Positions 39,108 to 48,268 of a DNA stretch of 53,746 nt are shown piece after piece (position 1 is the stretch's first letter; each line of letters starts with the position of its first letter). Location: assembly GCA_025451755.1 (NCBI GenBank), contig JANWJT010000017.1, forward strand, positions 82,147 through 135,892, read 5' to 3'. A program made the position numbers and the translations under genes. The notes below the pieces were generated by a model. The model did not search any database. It had not been told where the DNA came from and worked only from the letters and a program-made list of their open reading frames with translations. The DNA is from Candidatus Microgenomates bacterium (GTDB taxonomy: Bacteria; Patescibacteriota; Microgenomatia; Levybacterales; UBA12049).

Positions 39108-40405
39108 GCTATTGTCATTATTGGAAAACGTTCATGCGAACTTTTTCCGTTTTTAAGATTATACATACTTTCGCTGTATAATGTACAGATTGTATCATTT
39201 TTTCTAACTTTTTCGCCAATTTTTTTATTTAAGTAAATTCCTGATCCCTTTTGTTTTGGAGCGCCCAATAGTCTTCCGATTATGGTAATATTCTTACTGT
39301 TTATTCTTTTTACAGTTCCTCTTTTTACAGATCTTATTCTGATAGAAAGTTTTCCTGGCTTTAAGTCTTCACTATCTATATTTGAATTTCCGCCTTGCTC
39401 TTTTATTATTTCTTGCATTTTTAAAAAGGCATCGCCATCTTCTAGAATTTTTTTTGCCCAATTATAACAAGTTCCATAATTTTCTTTTACAATTTCTTTA
39501 AGCTCTTTATCGGAGTCTCTTAAACAAAGTTTTAGGAGTTCGGTTGCGATATTCAGACTTCTTTGTTCAAGATCTAAAGGCCTATTTGATTTTTGCTGAA
39601 GAACTCTTAGCGCCTCGCGACTCTCCAAAATAGGTCCAATGCCTCTTCCTGCCGGCTCATCTGTCTTATGAATTAAAACTTTTATTCTTATTTTAAACTT
39701 TCGTGCAAGATACTGAAATTTCCCTTTTAAGATTTCTGCATCTTTTGCATTGTGCACTTTTACCGACTTTCCATAGGGCAGATCAATAACAACATGATTT
39801 GATCCGAAAGCGATCTTCTTGGCCATTATAGAAACCAGTATTTTATCGTAGCTTTCAAAGAGAAGAGGTTTTTCTATATTTATAATTATGTCGTCTGCAG
39901 GAGCAATGTTAAAACTTCCTCCCCAGACAATACAGCCATTTATTTTTTTAACGATTTTATAAATCTTATCTTTACTTAGAACTACCGGAGCCAGAACTTC
40001 CATATCGTCAGCCGTTCCGTCAGGTGTAGTTATTGCACGAGATGAACTTTTTGGAATAGTAAAACCGGCAGCTGCTATTATTGGAACAACTATTAGGGTT
40101 GTTCTTGTTCCGGGAACTCCTCCGATTGAATGTTTGTCGGCAACAATTCCTGAGAATTCAAGATGTTCTCCTGTATCTACCATTGCACGAGTTAAATAAT
40201 AGAGCTCCTTATTTGTAAATCCTTTTGAATACCCCGAAGCGGCAAAATAAGTGGTTAATACCTCTCCTAGTCTGTTTCTTGAAATCTCATCCATAATGGA
40301 GTAGATTTCTTTATATGTAAGAGTTTTGCCTACAAGTTTTTTTTGAATTGCCTCAAGTGCTTTTGCAAGCTCTTCTTCTTCGCTTGAAAAAATATGCTTT
40401 TTCAT
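39104..40405 (-). CDS. AMP phosphorylase / thymidine phosphorylase family (no N-terminal domain)
   Basis: DKHSIGGVPG, KSSSRAIT, GCIVWGG...APADD, SIMAKK and GRGIGP..E motifs of the archaeal-type AMP phosphorylase group. Confidence 0.88.
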   Translation of the reverse strand: MKKHIFSSEEEELAKALEAIQKKLVGKTLTYKEIYSIMDEISRNRLGEVLTTYFAASGYSKGFTNKELYYLTRAMVDTGEHLEFSGIVADKHSIGGVPGTRTTLIVVPIIAAAGFTIPKSSSRAITTPDGTADDMEVLAPVVLSKDKIYKIVKKINGCIVWGGSFNIAPADDIIINIEKPLLFESYDKILVSIMAKKIAFGSNHVVIDLPYGKSVKVHNAKDAEILKGKFQYLARKFKIRIKVLIHKTDEPAGRGIGPILESREALRVLQQKSNRPLDLEQRSLNIATELLKLCLRDSDKELKEIVKENYGTCYNWAKKILEDGDAFLKMQEIIKEQGGNSNIDSEDLKPGKLSIRIRSVKRGTVKRINSKNITIIGRLLGAPKQKGSGIYLNKKIGEKVRKNDTICTLYSESMYNLKNGKSSHERFPIMTIA

Positions 40406-40554
40406 ACACCTTTCCCTCCTTTTATTTGATTTATAGCAATAGAAACAATGGCCTTAATAAGAGAAATTATAAAGTACATAAGTGAATTTATTATTCTATA
40501 AACTGTTGGCCAAATTTTAATTGCTATAGTTTTAAATTTATTCTCTTCTTCCAT
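40402..40554 (-). CDS. 50-aa small protein (not in ORF track)
   Basis: MEEENKFKTIAIKIWPTVYRIINSLMYFIISLIKAIVSIAINQIKGGKGV*; starts after a 2-nt gap from the sortase stop and has an ATGA overlap with the next gene. Confidence 0.7.
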   Translation of the reverse strand: MEEENKFKTIAIKIWPTVYRIINSLMYFIISLIKAIVSIAINQIKGGKGV

Positions 40555-40556
40555 TT

Positions 40557-41288
40557 TTAAATCTTTTCAAGCTTTGATTTTATGATAAGTCTTTTCCAGA
40601 TTGTTCCGGGAGGCGTGCAGGTAACAAGTGTTAAATAGGAATTGTCATAGTTTTGCTCAAAAATAGATGTATCGGCTGGTTCAACCACACTAATATTAAA
40701 AATCTTGTACCTATAAGAAACGCCATCGATATAAGTATATATATCATCATCTATTTTTAATTGATATGCGTTTGCAAAGATGGTTTTGTAATCACTTGGA
40801 TTAAACAACTGAGGAAGTGTTGAATGTCCAAAAATTACTGCAGTTCCCTTATCTGGAGGGAAAGCAGTACCCTGATAATTGACAAGATGAATTGCAAGAT
40901 CGTTATCGATAGTTGAGACTGTTGCATTATTAATTTTAAGTTTTGGAATAGAAATTGTATAAGAAGAAATTTTTCGCTCTTGAACTGCTGTTGGATTAAA
41001 ACCCGGAAACCAATTTTGAGCATTCGTATAATCAACTCCCGAGAGAAGATTTCCTGCCTGGGAAATCAGACTCCCAATTTCAGAAGAATTTACAACTGTT
41101 GCTCTTGGAATAGGAGCTTGTATTTTAGATGATGCCAATGCCGGAGCAAAATAAACTTGCCAGGATACAAGCGGATAAAATATATAAAAAATAATAACGA
41201 GTCCTGTAAAAAGGATTAAAAGACTTAAAAGACGTAAAGTTTTTTTTCTTAAAATTTTGTCCGCCTTTTCGTAGTAGTATTTACCCAT
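40557..41288 (-). CDS. Sortase
   Basis: N-terminal TM; IPKL, IFGHS and TLVTCTPPGTIWKR (His/Cys/Arg triad). Confidence 0.92.
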   Translation of the reverse strand: MGKYYYEKADKILRKKTLRLLSLLILFTGLVIIFYIFYPLVSWQVYFAPALASSKIQAPIPRATVVNSSEIGSLISQAGNLLSGVDYTNAQNWFPGFNPTAVQERKISSYTISIPKLKINNATVSTIDNDLAIHLVNYQGTAFPPDKGTAVIFGHSTLPQLFNPSDYKTIFANAYQLKIDDDIYTYIDGVSYRYKIFNISVVEPADTSIFEQNYDNSYLTLVTCTPPGTIWKRLIIKSKLEKI

Positions 41289-43605
41289 TTATTTTAGTAA
41301 CAATCTTGATATTCTGGGATGAAAAGGGAAGTCTTTTTGGGAAAAACGGAATAGTAAAAGATAAATCAATATCAGTACTTGATACTTGTGGAAGCTTTCC
41401 TAGAATATCTTGAGCTTCTGCAAAAGACTTTCCTGATATTTGTTTTGTTAGTCCAGACTCATCTATTTTTGGAATAATACGGGCTACAATAGTTACGTTT
41501 GCATTTACCTCTTTGTTTTTATTCTCTTTTACGTTTCTAACTTCAACCTTAATGCTGTTAACATCAACATTTTCTTCATCTGAAATGCTAGTCTTTAAAA
41601 GTTCGTTGGCAAAATTTGTAGCATCAATTTTTTTGTATGCTGCGCCTTCAAAATTAACAGATCCTTTAAGAGTTATTTGTTTTGCCTCGTCATCCACATC
41701 TTTGTCGAAATCTTTTTTACTTACGGTTGTATTTATAAATACTGGGAGCAAGATATTATCATCAGATGCTTTTTTAGATAAATCGTCCTCTGCTTTTTCT
41801 CTTAGATTTTTTGGCAATTCTTCCAAAAGCTTTGCAATATCATCCTCTGAGACAACAGTAATATTTTTTTTGGATCCTCCCGAAAAAGGATTATCATTTT
41901 TCGCAGCAATTGTTGTACTTCCCTCAACGGAGAACTTAGTATTTGATGGCAAATTGTATTCCTGCCCTATTTTATCTGCGATAACGTTCACGTTTGCTTT
42001 TCCAGGGGTAGTGCCGGAAAAAATATCCCCAGATGCTGAAGAGATAGTAATATTTTTTTCCAAAGTAAAATCAAGGCCATTTGAAGATGATATAATTTTT
42101 CCCGATGTTAGTGCTTGCGATGTTGGAGCGTTGTTAAAGATAGTTACCGTTCCTTTTGCCTTATCTCCAACCTCTTTTTTCCCTGTTGCTGGAGTAGAAA
42201 CACTTCCTTCTTCGGAAATCGAAATAAATTCTGCCTGGATAATATTTCTTGAAGGATCTGTCGAATTTTTTGAAAAAATTACATCACTGGTTTTATCTGC
42301 TTTTTTCCCATCAATATTTAATACAACAACAGCTTTGTTTGTAGAGAAATAAAAAACACCAATAATTAAAATAGACAAAATTAAAATTGCAGGAATAATA
42401 ATAAATTTTCTAGCGTAGGGAATTCTTCCTGAAGTTTTAGTTAATGGAATTTTTCTTATAGCAGTTGATAATTTAAAAAATACATTTTTAAAACCTAACA
42501 AAATCGTTCCTGCATTGCTTGGGAGCTCTTCCTGATCTCCCTTTTCCATTTTAAGTTCTTCTGGTATTTCCTCTATTTGTTTTCTTAAAATTTCTTGAGG
42601 GATTTCCTGAAAAGGGTCTCTTTTTAACAGGGGTTCTTTTAATACGTCTTTATTTTCTGCAAAGCCGAAATATTCCATTGCGGATTCGTCCGGAATTTTT
42701 TTAATCTTATCGGTTACAATTTCATTATCTTTAGATTCTGTCTCACTTTCACCAAGATTTGATGGCTCAGTCTCTTCCCCCGATTCTTTAGCTTCACCTC
42801 CATCAATATTTTCAATTTCCCCCTTTTCTAAACCTTCCGATAGCTCATTTTCAAAAACATCAAATCCCATTTGCTGTGCGGCTCCAAAAAGAATTGCTCT
42901 GCCGTCAAATTCAGGCGGAAGGGTTGATACTTGAGGCAAGTGCAAAAAAGGCAAATCCTTGCTCCATCTATGATTTATAAATTCCTGATCTTCATTTTCA
43001 TTTCCATTGAAAATAATAATTCTTGCAGGCAAAATTTCGGAAGAAGAAAAGTGTTTTAAAAGATTGTCGACTGTTTGGGCAGGAGATTCAATAATTTCTG
43101 AAGTTTTAGACTCTACAATTCTTCCTGCTCTAATGTTTGCTACAGATATATATTTTTCTCCTGCCTCGACCAAGACTGCAGTAACAGGGGCACCTTCTTC
43201 TTTTTGAAGTAGATGTGCAATTGCTTCAAAAACAACTAAAAAACCTATCGGAACAAGTCCCAGTTCATCGCTTATCTTCTTAAGCTTTATAAGGTACTCT
43301 TTTTTTATTTTATTGTCTTCTACCCAAGTTCCTTTTACGCCAAAAACAGTTTTTACTGTTTCTATGTTTTCAGGGAGAGATTGCTCGGCAGTTGAAATTG
43401 TTTTATCTAGAATATCCAATAATTCGTTCAAAGAGGCTTGTTCAATTGAATTTTCAAAACTTTCACTATGCTTGCCTAGTACGTTGACTTTTCCCGCTGA
43501 TTCTTCAAAAAAAACCGCATTTGCCTTTTCGTTTCGAAGAACTAAGGCTAGAAAATATTCCTTTTTTTCTTTTTTTTCAAGAAACGGTAAGGAGGGAAGT
43601 TTCAT
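41281..43605 (-). CDS. Bitopic protein: FtsA/PilM-like actin-fold N-domain, TM, baseplate-J-like extracellular domain
   Basis: N-domain with LVEAGEKYISVA and LPARII; acidic linker; TM; C-domain KAKGTVTIFN...V.ADKIGQEYNL...FSGG..K..VVSEDD. Confidence 0.6.
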   Translation of the reverse strand: MKLPSLPFLEKKEKKEYFLALVLRNEKANAVFFEESAGKVNVLGKHSESFENSIEQASLNELLDILDKTISTAEQSLPENIETVKTVFGVKGTWVEDNKIKKEYLIKLKKISDELGLVPIGFLVVFEAIAHLLQKEEGAPVTAVLVEAGEKYISVANIRAGRIVESKTSEIIESPAQTVDNLLKHFSSSEILPARIIIFNGNENEDQEFINHRWSKDLPFLHLPQVSTLPPEFDGRAILFGAAQQMGFDVFENELSEGLEKGEIENIDGGEAKESGEETEPSNLGESETESKDNEIVTDKIKKIPDESAMEYFGFAENKDVLKEPLLKRDPFQEIPQEILRKQIEEIPEELKMEKGDQEELPSNAGTILLGFKNVFFKLSTAIRKIPLTKTSGRIPYARKFIIIPAILILSILIIGVFYFSTNKAVVVLNIDGKKADKTSDVIFSKNSTDPSRNIIQAEFISISEEGSVSTPATGKKEVGDKAKGTVTIFNNAPTSQALTSGKIISSSNGLDFTLEKNITISSASGDIFSGTTPGKANVNVIADKIGQEYNLPSNTKFSVEGSTTIAAKNDNPFSGGSKKNITVVSEDDIAKLLEELPKNLREKAEDDLSKKASDDNILLPVFINTTVSKKDFDKDVDDEAKQITLKGSVNFEGAAYKKIDATNFANELLKTSISDEENVDVNSIKVEVRNVKENKNKEVNANVTIVARIIPKIDESGLTKQISGKSFAEAQDILGKLPQVSSTDIDLSFTIPFFPKRLPFSSQNIKIVTKING

Positions 43606-45536
43606 AAAGCGCCAACACTAGCATAGATTCGTCTTTGCCCATGTCCTATGTTTTCCTGCTTTATTATCTTAAACCTTTTGAGCTTTCCTGTAAACTCAAC
43701 ATGAGGTCCTCCGCAGAATTCCTTAGAATAATCTCCTACAAAATATATTTTTACATCATTCTCATATTTTTCGTCAAAAAGTCCGATTGCTCCAATCTCT
43801 TTTGCTTTAGAAAGCGTCATTATTTCAAAATGTACAGACAAATTCTGTTCAATCTTCTCATTTACTATTTCCTCAACTTCTAAAATTTCTTCATCGGTTA
43901 ATTTTCTGTCATAAGAAAAATCAAACCGAATTCTCTCGCTTGTAATATTTGATCCTGTTTGGAAAACCTTATCTCCCAACACATCTCTTAACGCTTGGTG
44001 CAAAAGATGCGTTGCGGTATGTCCCATTACTGTTTTATCGCTATGATCTGCAAGCCCTCCCTGAAATTTCTTAGCTCCTCCAATGCGTGATTGTTCTTGA
44101 TGTTTTTTAAGCTTCTTTTCAAAAGATTCTATATCAACTAACAGTCTTTGATCTTGAGCAAGTTCTATTACCATCTCTATAGGAAATCCAGAAGACTGAT
44201 AAAGATCAAAAGCTTGTGGTCCAGAAATAGTAGCGCCACTTATAGCTGATTTTGGGAGATCAATCTCTTTTATCAGATTCGTATTTTTGCCTCTATAAAT
44301 ATTTCGAAATAATTCGCTCTTGTCTGGATCTTGCATTAGTTTTGAATATTTTTCTGGTTCTATTGGAGTTAAGTTAGAAATGATATCCTTAGAAACTTTT
44401 AATCCTTCTTGAATAACTTGATTGAATTTTTTTTCTTCTTCCGTGAATAATTCCATGATAGTTTTCTTACTATCAATTATTTGAGGATCTGAGTCGGAAT
44501 AATTATCAATTATTGCAGAAGCAATTTTAGCGGTAAATATCTCGGTAGCTCCTAGCTGTTTTCCATAACGGATTGCCCTTCTCAATAATCTTCTTAAAAC
44601 GTAGCCTTGTTCTTTGTTGGAAGGAGTAACACCGCTTCCGGAAATAAACACAGAGGCAATCAGATGATCAACAATAATTCGTATTGCTTTTACATTTTCT
44701 TTGTAAGATTTTCCAGTTGTCTTTTCTATTTCCGAAACTATTGGAGAAAAAAGAGAAGTTTTAAAAATATCCGCCTGATTTTCTATTGCCGCCAGAAGTC
44801 TTTCAAGTCCTCCTCCAAAATCAACATTCTTATTTGGTAAAGGTTTAAAGCCATCTTCAGTTTTTTGGTATTCCATGAATACCGAGTTTCCGATTTCTAA
44901 AAATCTTCCGCATTGGCAGTTTGGATTGCACTCTTCTCCAAATTTTTTATCGTGTACTGTTCCGAAATCATAAAAAACCTCACTGTCCGGTCCTCCTGGT
45001 TCTCCTTTTGGCATAGCTTCAGGAAGACCCGCGCGAGACCACCAATTTTTATCGGCACCATAGAAATAAATTTTTTCTTTTGGACTAAAACCTTCTTTTT
45101 TTAGAATTTCTGTCCAGATTTCTTCCGATTCGTTGTCACGCGGTATATTTTTGTACCCTTCAAAAACACTTACATAAAGTTTTTCTGGTGAAAGTCCTAT
45201 TGCCTTTGTTAAAAATTCCCAATACCAATTGATTTGTTCTTTTTTAAAATAATCTCCTAAAGACCAATTTCCAAGCATTCTGAAAAAAGTAGTGTGTCTG
45301 TTATCTCCGACTTCATCTATGTCTTGCGCACGAAAACAATTTTGTACATTAACTAGTTTTTTACCTTGTGGATGCTCTTCTCCTAAAAAAAATGGAACAA
45401 GTGGTTGCATGCCGCTTGATGTAAAAAGAGTTGTCGGATCATTTTGTGGAATAAGAGGAGAATTAGAGATTCTAGTATGTCCGCGTTTTTCAAAAAACTC
45501 TATATATTTTTCAATAATCTGCGAGGCTGTCAGCAT
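43602..45536 (-). CDS. alaS: Alanine--tRNA ligase (lacks C-Ala domain)
   Basis: DPTTLFTSSGMQPL, HTTFFRMLGNWS, HTATHLLH and EFCGGPH; ATG 45536 follows TGcTATAAT. Confidence 0.97.
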   Translation of the reverse strand: MLTASQIIEKYIEFFEKRGHTRISNSPLIPQNDPTTLFTSSGMQPLVPFFLGEEHPQGKKLVNVQNCFRAQDIDEVGDNRHTTFFRMLGNWSLGDYFKKEQINWYWEFLTKAIGLSPEKLYVSVFEGYKNIPRDNESEEIWTEILKKEGFSPKEKIYFYGADKNWWSRAGLPEAMPKGEPGGPDSEVFYDFGTVHDKKFGEECNPNCQCGRFLEIGNSVFMEYQKTEDGFKPLPNKNVDFGGGLERLLAAIENQADIFKTSLFSPIVSEIEKTTGKSYKENVKAIRIIVDHLIASVFISGSGVTPSNKEQGYVLRRLLRRAIRYGKQLGATEIFTAKIASAIIDNYSDSDPQIIDSKKTIMELFTEEEKKFNQVIQEGLKVSKDIISNLTPIEPEKYSKLMQDPDKSELFRNIYRGKNTNLIKEIDLPKSAISGATISGPQAFDLYQSSGFPIEMVIELAQDQRLLVDIESFEKKLKKHQEQSRIGGAKKFQGGLADHSDKTVMGHTATHLLHQALRDVLGDKVFQTGSNITSERIRFDFSYDRKLTDEEILEVEEIVNEKIEQNLSVHFEIMTLSKAKEIGAIGLFDEKYENDVKIYFVGDYSKEFCGGPHVEFTGKLKRFKIIKQENIGHGQRRIYASVGAL

Positions 45537-45598
45537 ATCTAAGATTATAGCATTTTGAATCAATAAGGTTCCACATGCTCATGGTATAATTGGGAAAA

Positions 45599-46105
45599 AT
45601 GAACAACAAATATTTAATTGCATATGGATTTTTAATTCTTTTAGGAATCGGAATTTTTGTTACTTTAAATCAAAAAAAACCCACTAATCCTTTTGACAAT
45701 GCTCCGATTTCAATCCCCTCAACTGTTCCTACATCATCTGTAGTTACTCCTACTTTACCCGCTGAACCGACCTCTGTTGCAATAACAAAACTTACGATTG
45801 TAGATGCGCAGATAGGAACCGGATCACCTGCTGCTAGCGGGAATACTATTATGGTAAATTACACCGGAATGCTTGCCGACGGAAAAGTTTTTGACTCGTC
45901 AGTTGGAAAACAGCCACTTACTATTGTCATAGGAGCAGGAAAGGTAATTGCGGGATGGGATCAGGGAATTTTGGGAATGAGGGTTGGCGGAAAAAGAAGG
46001 TTAATAATTCCGCCCGATCTGGCTTATGGCGAGAAAGGGTTTGAGGGAGTAATTCCTCCTAATGCAATCCTGGTTTTCGACATAGAGCTTTTGGATGTAA
46101 AGTAG
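45599..46105 (+). CDS. Membrane-anchored FKBP-type PPIase
   Basis: NYTG.L.DG..FDSS, VIAGWDQG and IPPNAILVFDIELL motifs. Confidence 0.95.
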   Translation: MNNKYLIAYGFLILLGIGIFVTLNQKKPTNPFDNAPISIPSTVPTSSVVTPTLPAEPTSVAITKLTIVDAQIGTGSPAASGNTIMVNYTGMLADGKVFDSSVGKQPLTIVIGAGKVIAGWDQGILGMRVGGKRRLIIPPDLAYGEKGFEGVIPPNAILVFDIELLDVK

Positions 46106-46144
46106 AAAACTTTTCTATAAAACTATTTCGTGTATAATATAAAA

Positions 46145-46603
46145 ATGGACAAAAGGTTCTTAGTAGCTGCGGGAATAGTTGCAGTTCTAATAATAGGAAT
46201 ATTTATTTTTATGAATTCAAACGACACAACAATAAAAGTAACGCAATCAGAATCTCTATCAAATTCTCCTGCGTCTTCTGTTGCCGAACTTAAGATAGAA
46301 GATTTAGTAGTAGGTACAGGAGCGCAGGTAAAAAGCGGAGATACAATTACAGCCCATTATACCGGAAAGCTCATGGATGGAACTCAATTTGACAGCTCTG
46401 TTGGTAAATCTCCTTTTACTACTCAAATTGGCGTAGGAAATGTAATTAAAGGGTGGGACGAAGGAATTGTAGGAATGAAGGTCGGCGGAAAAAGAAGACT
46501 TACAATTCCATCAGGTATGGGATACGGAGAGACTGGATCTCCTCCTGTAATTCCTCCAAACGCGTCTTTAATCTTCGACATAGAACTTCTGGAAGTAAAA
46601 TAA
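46145..46603 (+). CDS. Membrane-anchored FKBP-type PPIase (tandem paralog)
   Basis: HYTG.L.DG..FDSS, VIKGWDEG and IPPNASLIFDIELL motifs. Confidence 0.95.
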   Translation: MDKRFLVAAGIVAVLIIGIFIFMNSNDTTIKVTQSESLSNSPASSVAELKIEDLVVGTGAQVKSGDTITAHYTGKLMDGTQFDSSVGKSPFTTQIGVGNVIKGWDEGIVGMKVGGKRRLTIPSGMGYGETGSPPVIPPNASLIFDIELLEVK

Positions 46604-47137
46604 TTAGGACTCTGGTTCTGGAGGAAGAAACTCTTCGCCATTTGATTCATCTTTTTTCTGATATTCGTCTGCTCTTAGCCATTGAACATAAGTACAACCT
46701 GTAGCAACTTTTTTCTCACTGTCCCAACCGCTTGTTGAGCATTTTTTCATTTTCTTTCCCGCAGCAGTTGTATAAAGTACAAGTTTTTTTCCGCATTGCG
46801 GACATTCTTCGTCAAGCTCCTCGGTTGTGCCATTTATCCATTCGACAAAATCACAACCCTCTGCTTTTTTTGTTTCCTTATTCCACGAGTTGGTTGAACA
46901 TTTCTTCATCTTTTTTCCAAATCGGGTTGTCATAAGAATTACAGGAGAACCGCACTTAGGACATTTTTCATCAAGAGTTTCGGGTTCGGGAACAAACCAT
47001 TTAATATAATCACAGCCCACGTTTTTTTTGGCCTCTGCATCCCAACTTCCGGTCGAACATCTCTGAAGCTTCTTGCCGGTAGAAGTTTCAGTTATTGGTG
47101 CAAGCGGCGATCCACACTTAGGGCATTTTTCTTCCAT
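46604..47137 (-). CDS. Stand-alone protein of three topoisomerase-I-type C4 zinc ribbons
   Basis: Three repeats of CPxCG...GKK..xCST..W....K...GCxY/FxxW. Confidence 0.85.
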   Translation of the reverse strand: MEEKCPKCGSPLAPITETSTGKKLQRCSTGSWDAEAKKNVGCDYIKWFVPEPETLDEKCPKCGSPVILMTTRFGKKMKKCSTNSWNKETKKAEGCDFVEWINGTTEELDEECPQCGKKLVLYTTAAGKKMKKCSTSGWDSEKKVATGCTYVQWLRADEYQKKDESNGEEFLPPEPES

Positions 47138-47193
47138 TAGGTTAATATACCAGATTTTTATAAAAAATACATGAGCTGTATACTATATATAGA

Positions 47194-47499
47194 GTGGTAG
47201 ATTTAAAAGTAAAAAGGTTAGAAACCTTAAAAGAAAAAACAATCGGACTAATAGGCCGTGAAAGTATAGCTCCTATTATTTTTGAAACACGTTTTGGAAT
47301 TCATACATTTGGTTTAAAACTTCCTATTGATGTTTTAATTTTAGACAATCAAAAAAAAGTAGCAGTTCTTAAAGAATCTCTTTCTCCAAATAGAATTTTT
47401 CTTTGGAGCCCCCGTTACAAAATTGTCCTCGAACTCCCCACAGGAACAATTAAAAAACACAATATTAAAAAAGGAACCCAAATCCAACCCAGTCCCTAA
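47194..47499 (+). CDS. DUF192-family protein
   Basis: GIHTFGLKLPIDVLILD and VLELPTG motifs. Confidence 0.8.
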   Translation: MVDLKVKRLETLKEKTIGLIGRESIAPIIFETRFGIHTFGLKLPIDVLILDNQKKVAVLKESLSPNRIFLWSPRYKIVLELPTGTIKKHNIKKGTQIQPSP

Positions 47500-47585
47500 C
47501 TCCTCCATTCTCAAAAACTCAGGATTGAACACCAAATTATATATAAATTTTTGACAAAATTTTTAGAATCAAGTACCATAAACCT

Positions 47586-48164
47586 ATGGTAAATGATGAA
47601 AACAATGCTCCTGTTAGCATATCTGGGGAAACTTCAATTCCTGAAATATCAAGCGAGGTAATGTCGATTCTTGGATTGACTCCTCAAATGATTGAAGAAA
47701 ATAATCGGATAAAACTTGCTGAACAGAAACTTATAGAGGATTTAGAAGAAGCGGGAGCTAAATATTATATGAGTGGTGAGCCCGGAGGACCTGATAATAA
47801 ATATACTTTTTCCGAAATTACAGTCGGTCAAATTAAAATCCCTGGGCTGGATCATGTTCCTAGTCAGATACCAGATTACTTGCTGACATATTTATGGGAT
47901 AGTGAGCAACACAGAATGGAACTTTTTCCTCACGAGAAGGACAGAAGTCATCTAGAAGCTTTTGTTAGAGGATTTGGAGACCAAGCGTTAGTTGATTGTA
48001 ATTGGCAAACAGCTGTTAATGCATTTGATGCAACCTCCAAAGATGGGATACTGAAAAATCAAACAGCAATAAATAAGCTGAAAGATAGGAAAGACGTTTC
48101 TGCCATAGTAGAAATTGGGAAGGCAATAACTACACGGACAAGTCAAGGGGCAAAATATATTTAA
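47586..48164 (+). CDS. Hypothetical protein
   Basis: 192-aa ORF with TTGACA-17-TACCAT ending 6 nt before the ATG; no family recognised. Confidence 0.7.
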   Translation: MVNDENNAPVSISGETSIPEISSEVMSILGLTPQMIEENNRIKLAEQKLIEDLEEAGAKYYMSGEPGGPDNKYTFSEITVGQIKIPGLDHVPSQIPDYLLTYLWDSEQHRMELFPHEKDRSHLEAFVRGFGDQALVDCNWQTAVNAFDATSKDGILKNQTAINKLKDRKDVSAIVEIGKAITTRTSQGAKYI

Positions 48165-48268
48165 TCTTGACCTCAATTCCTCGGAGGTCAGTTGGTGAAT
48201 CTAGGAGATCATACAGTCTTACCTATCTCAATTTCATTTCTCAATCCTTTATACTATAATTATCTATT

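Noticed and set aside
41513..42352. 279-aa plus-strand ORF
   Set aside because: Antisense shadow of the 774-aa gene; Ser/Phe-rich with no motifs. The other short antisense ORFs in the track were rejected for the same reason.
41281..43605. Prophage or contractile injection system suggested by the baseplate-J-like domain
   Set aside because: No sheath, tube, terminase, capsid or integrase genes; the gene is membrane-anchored and embedded in a housekeeping operon.
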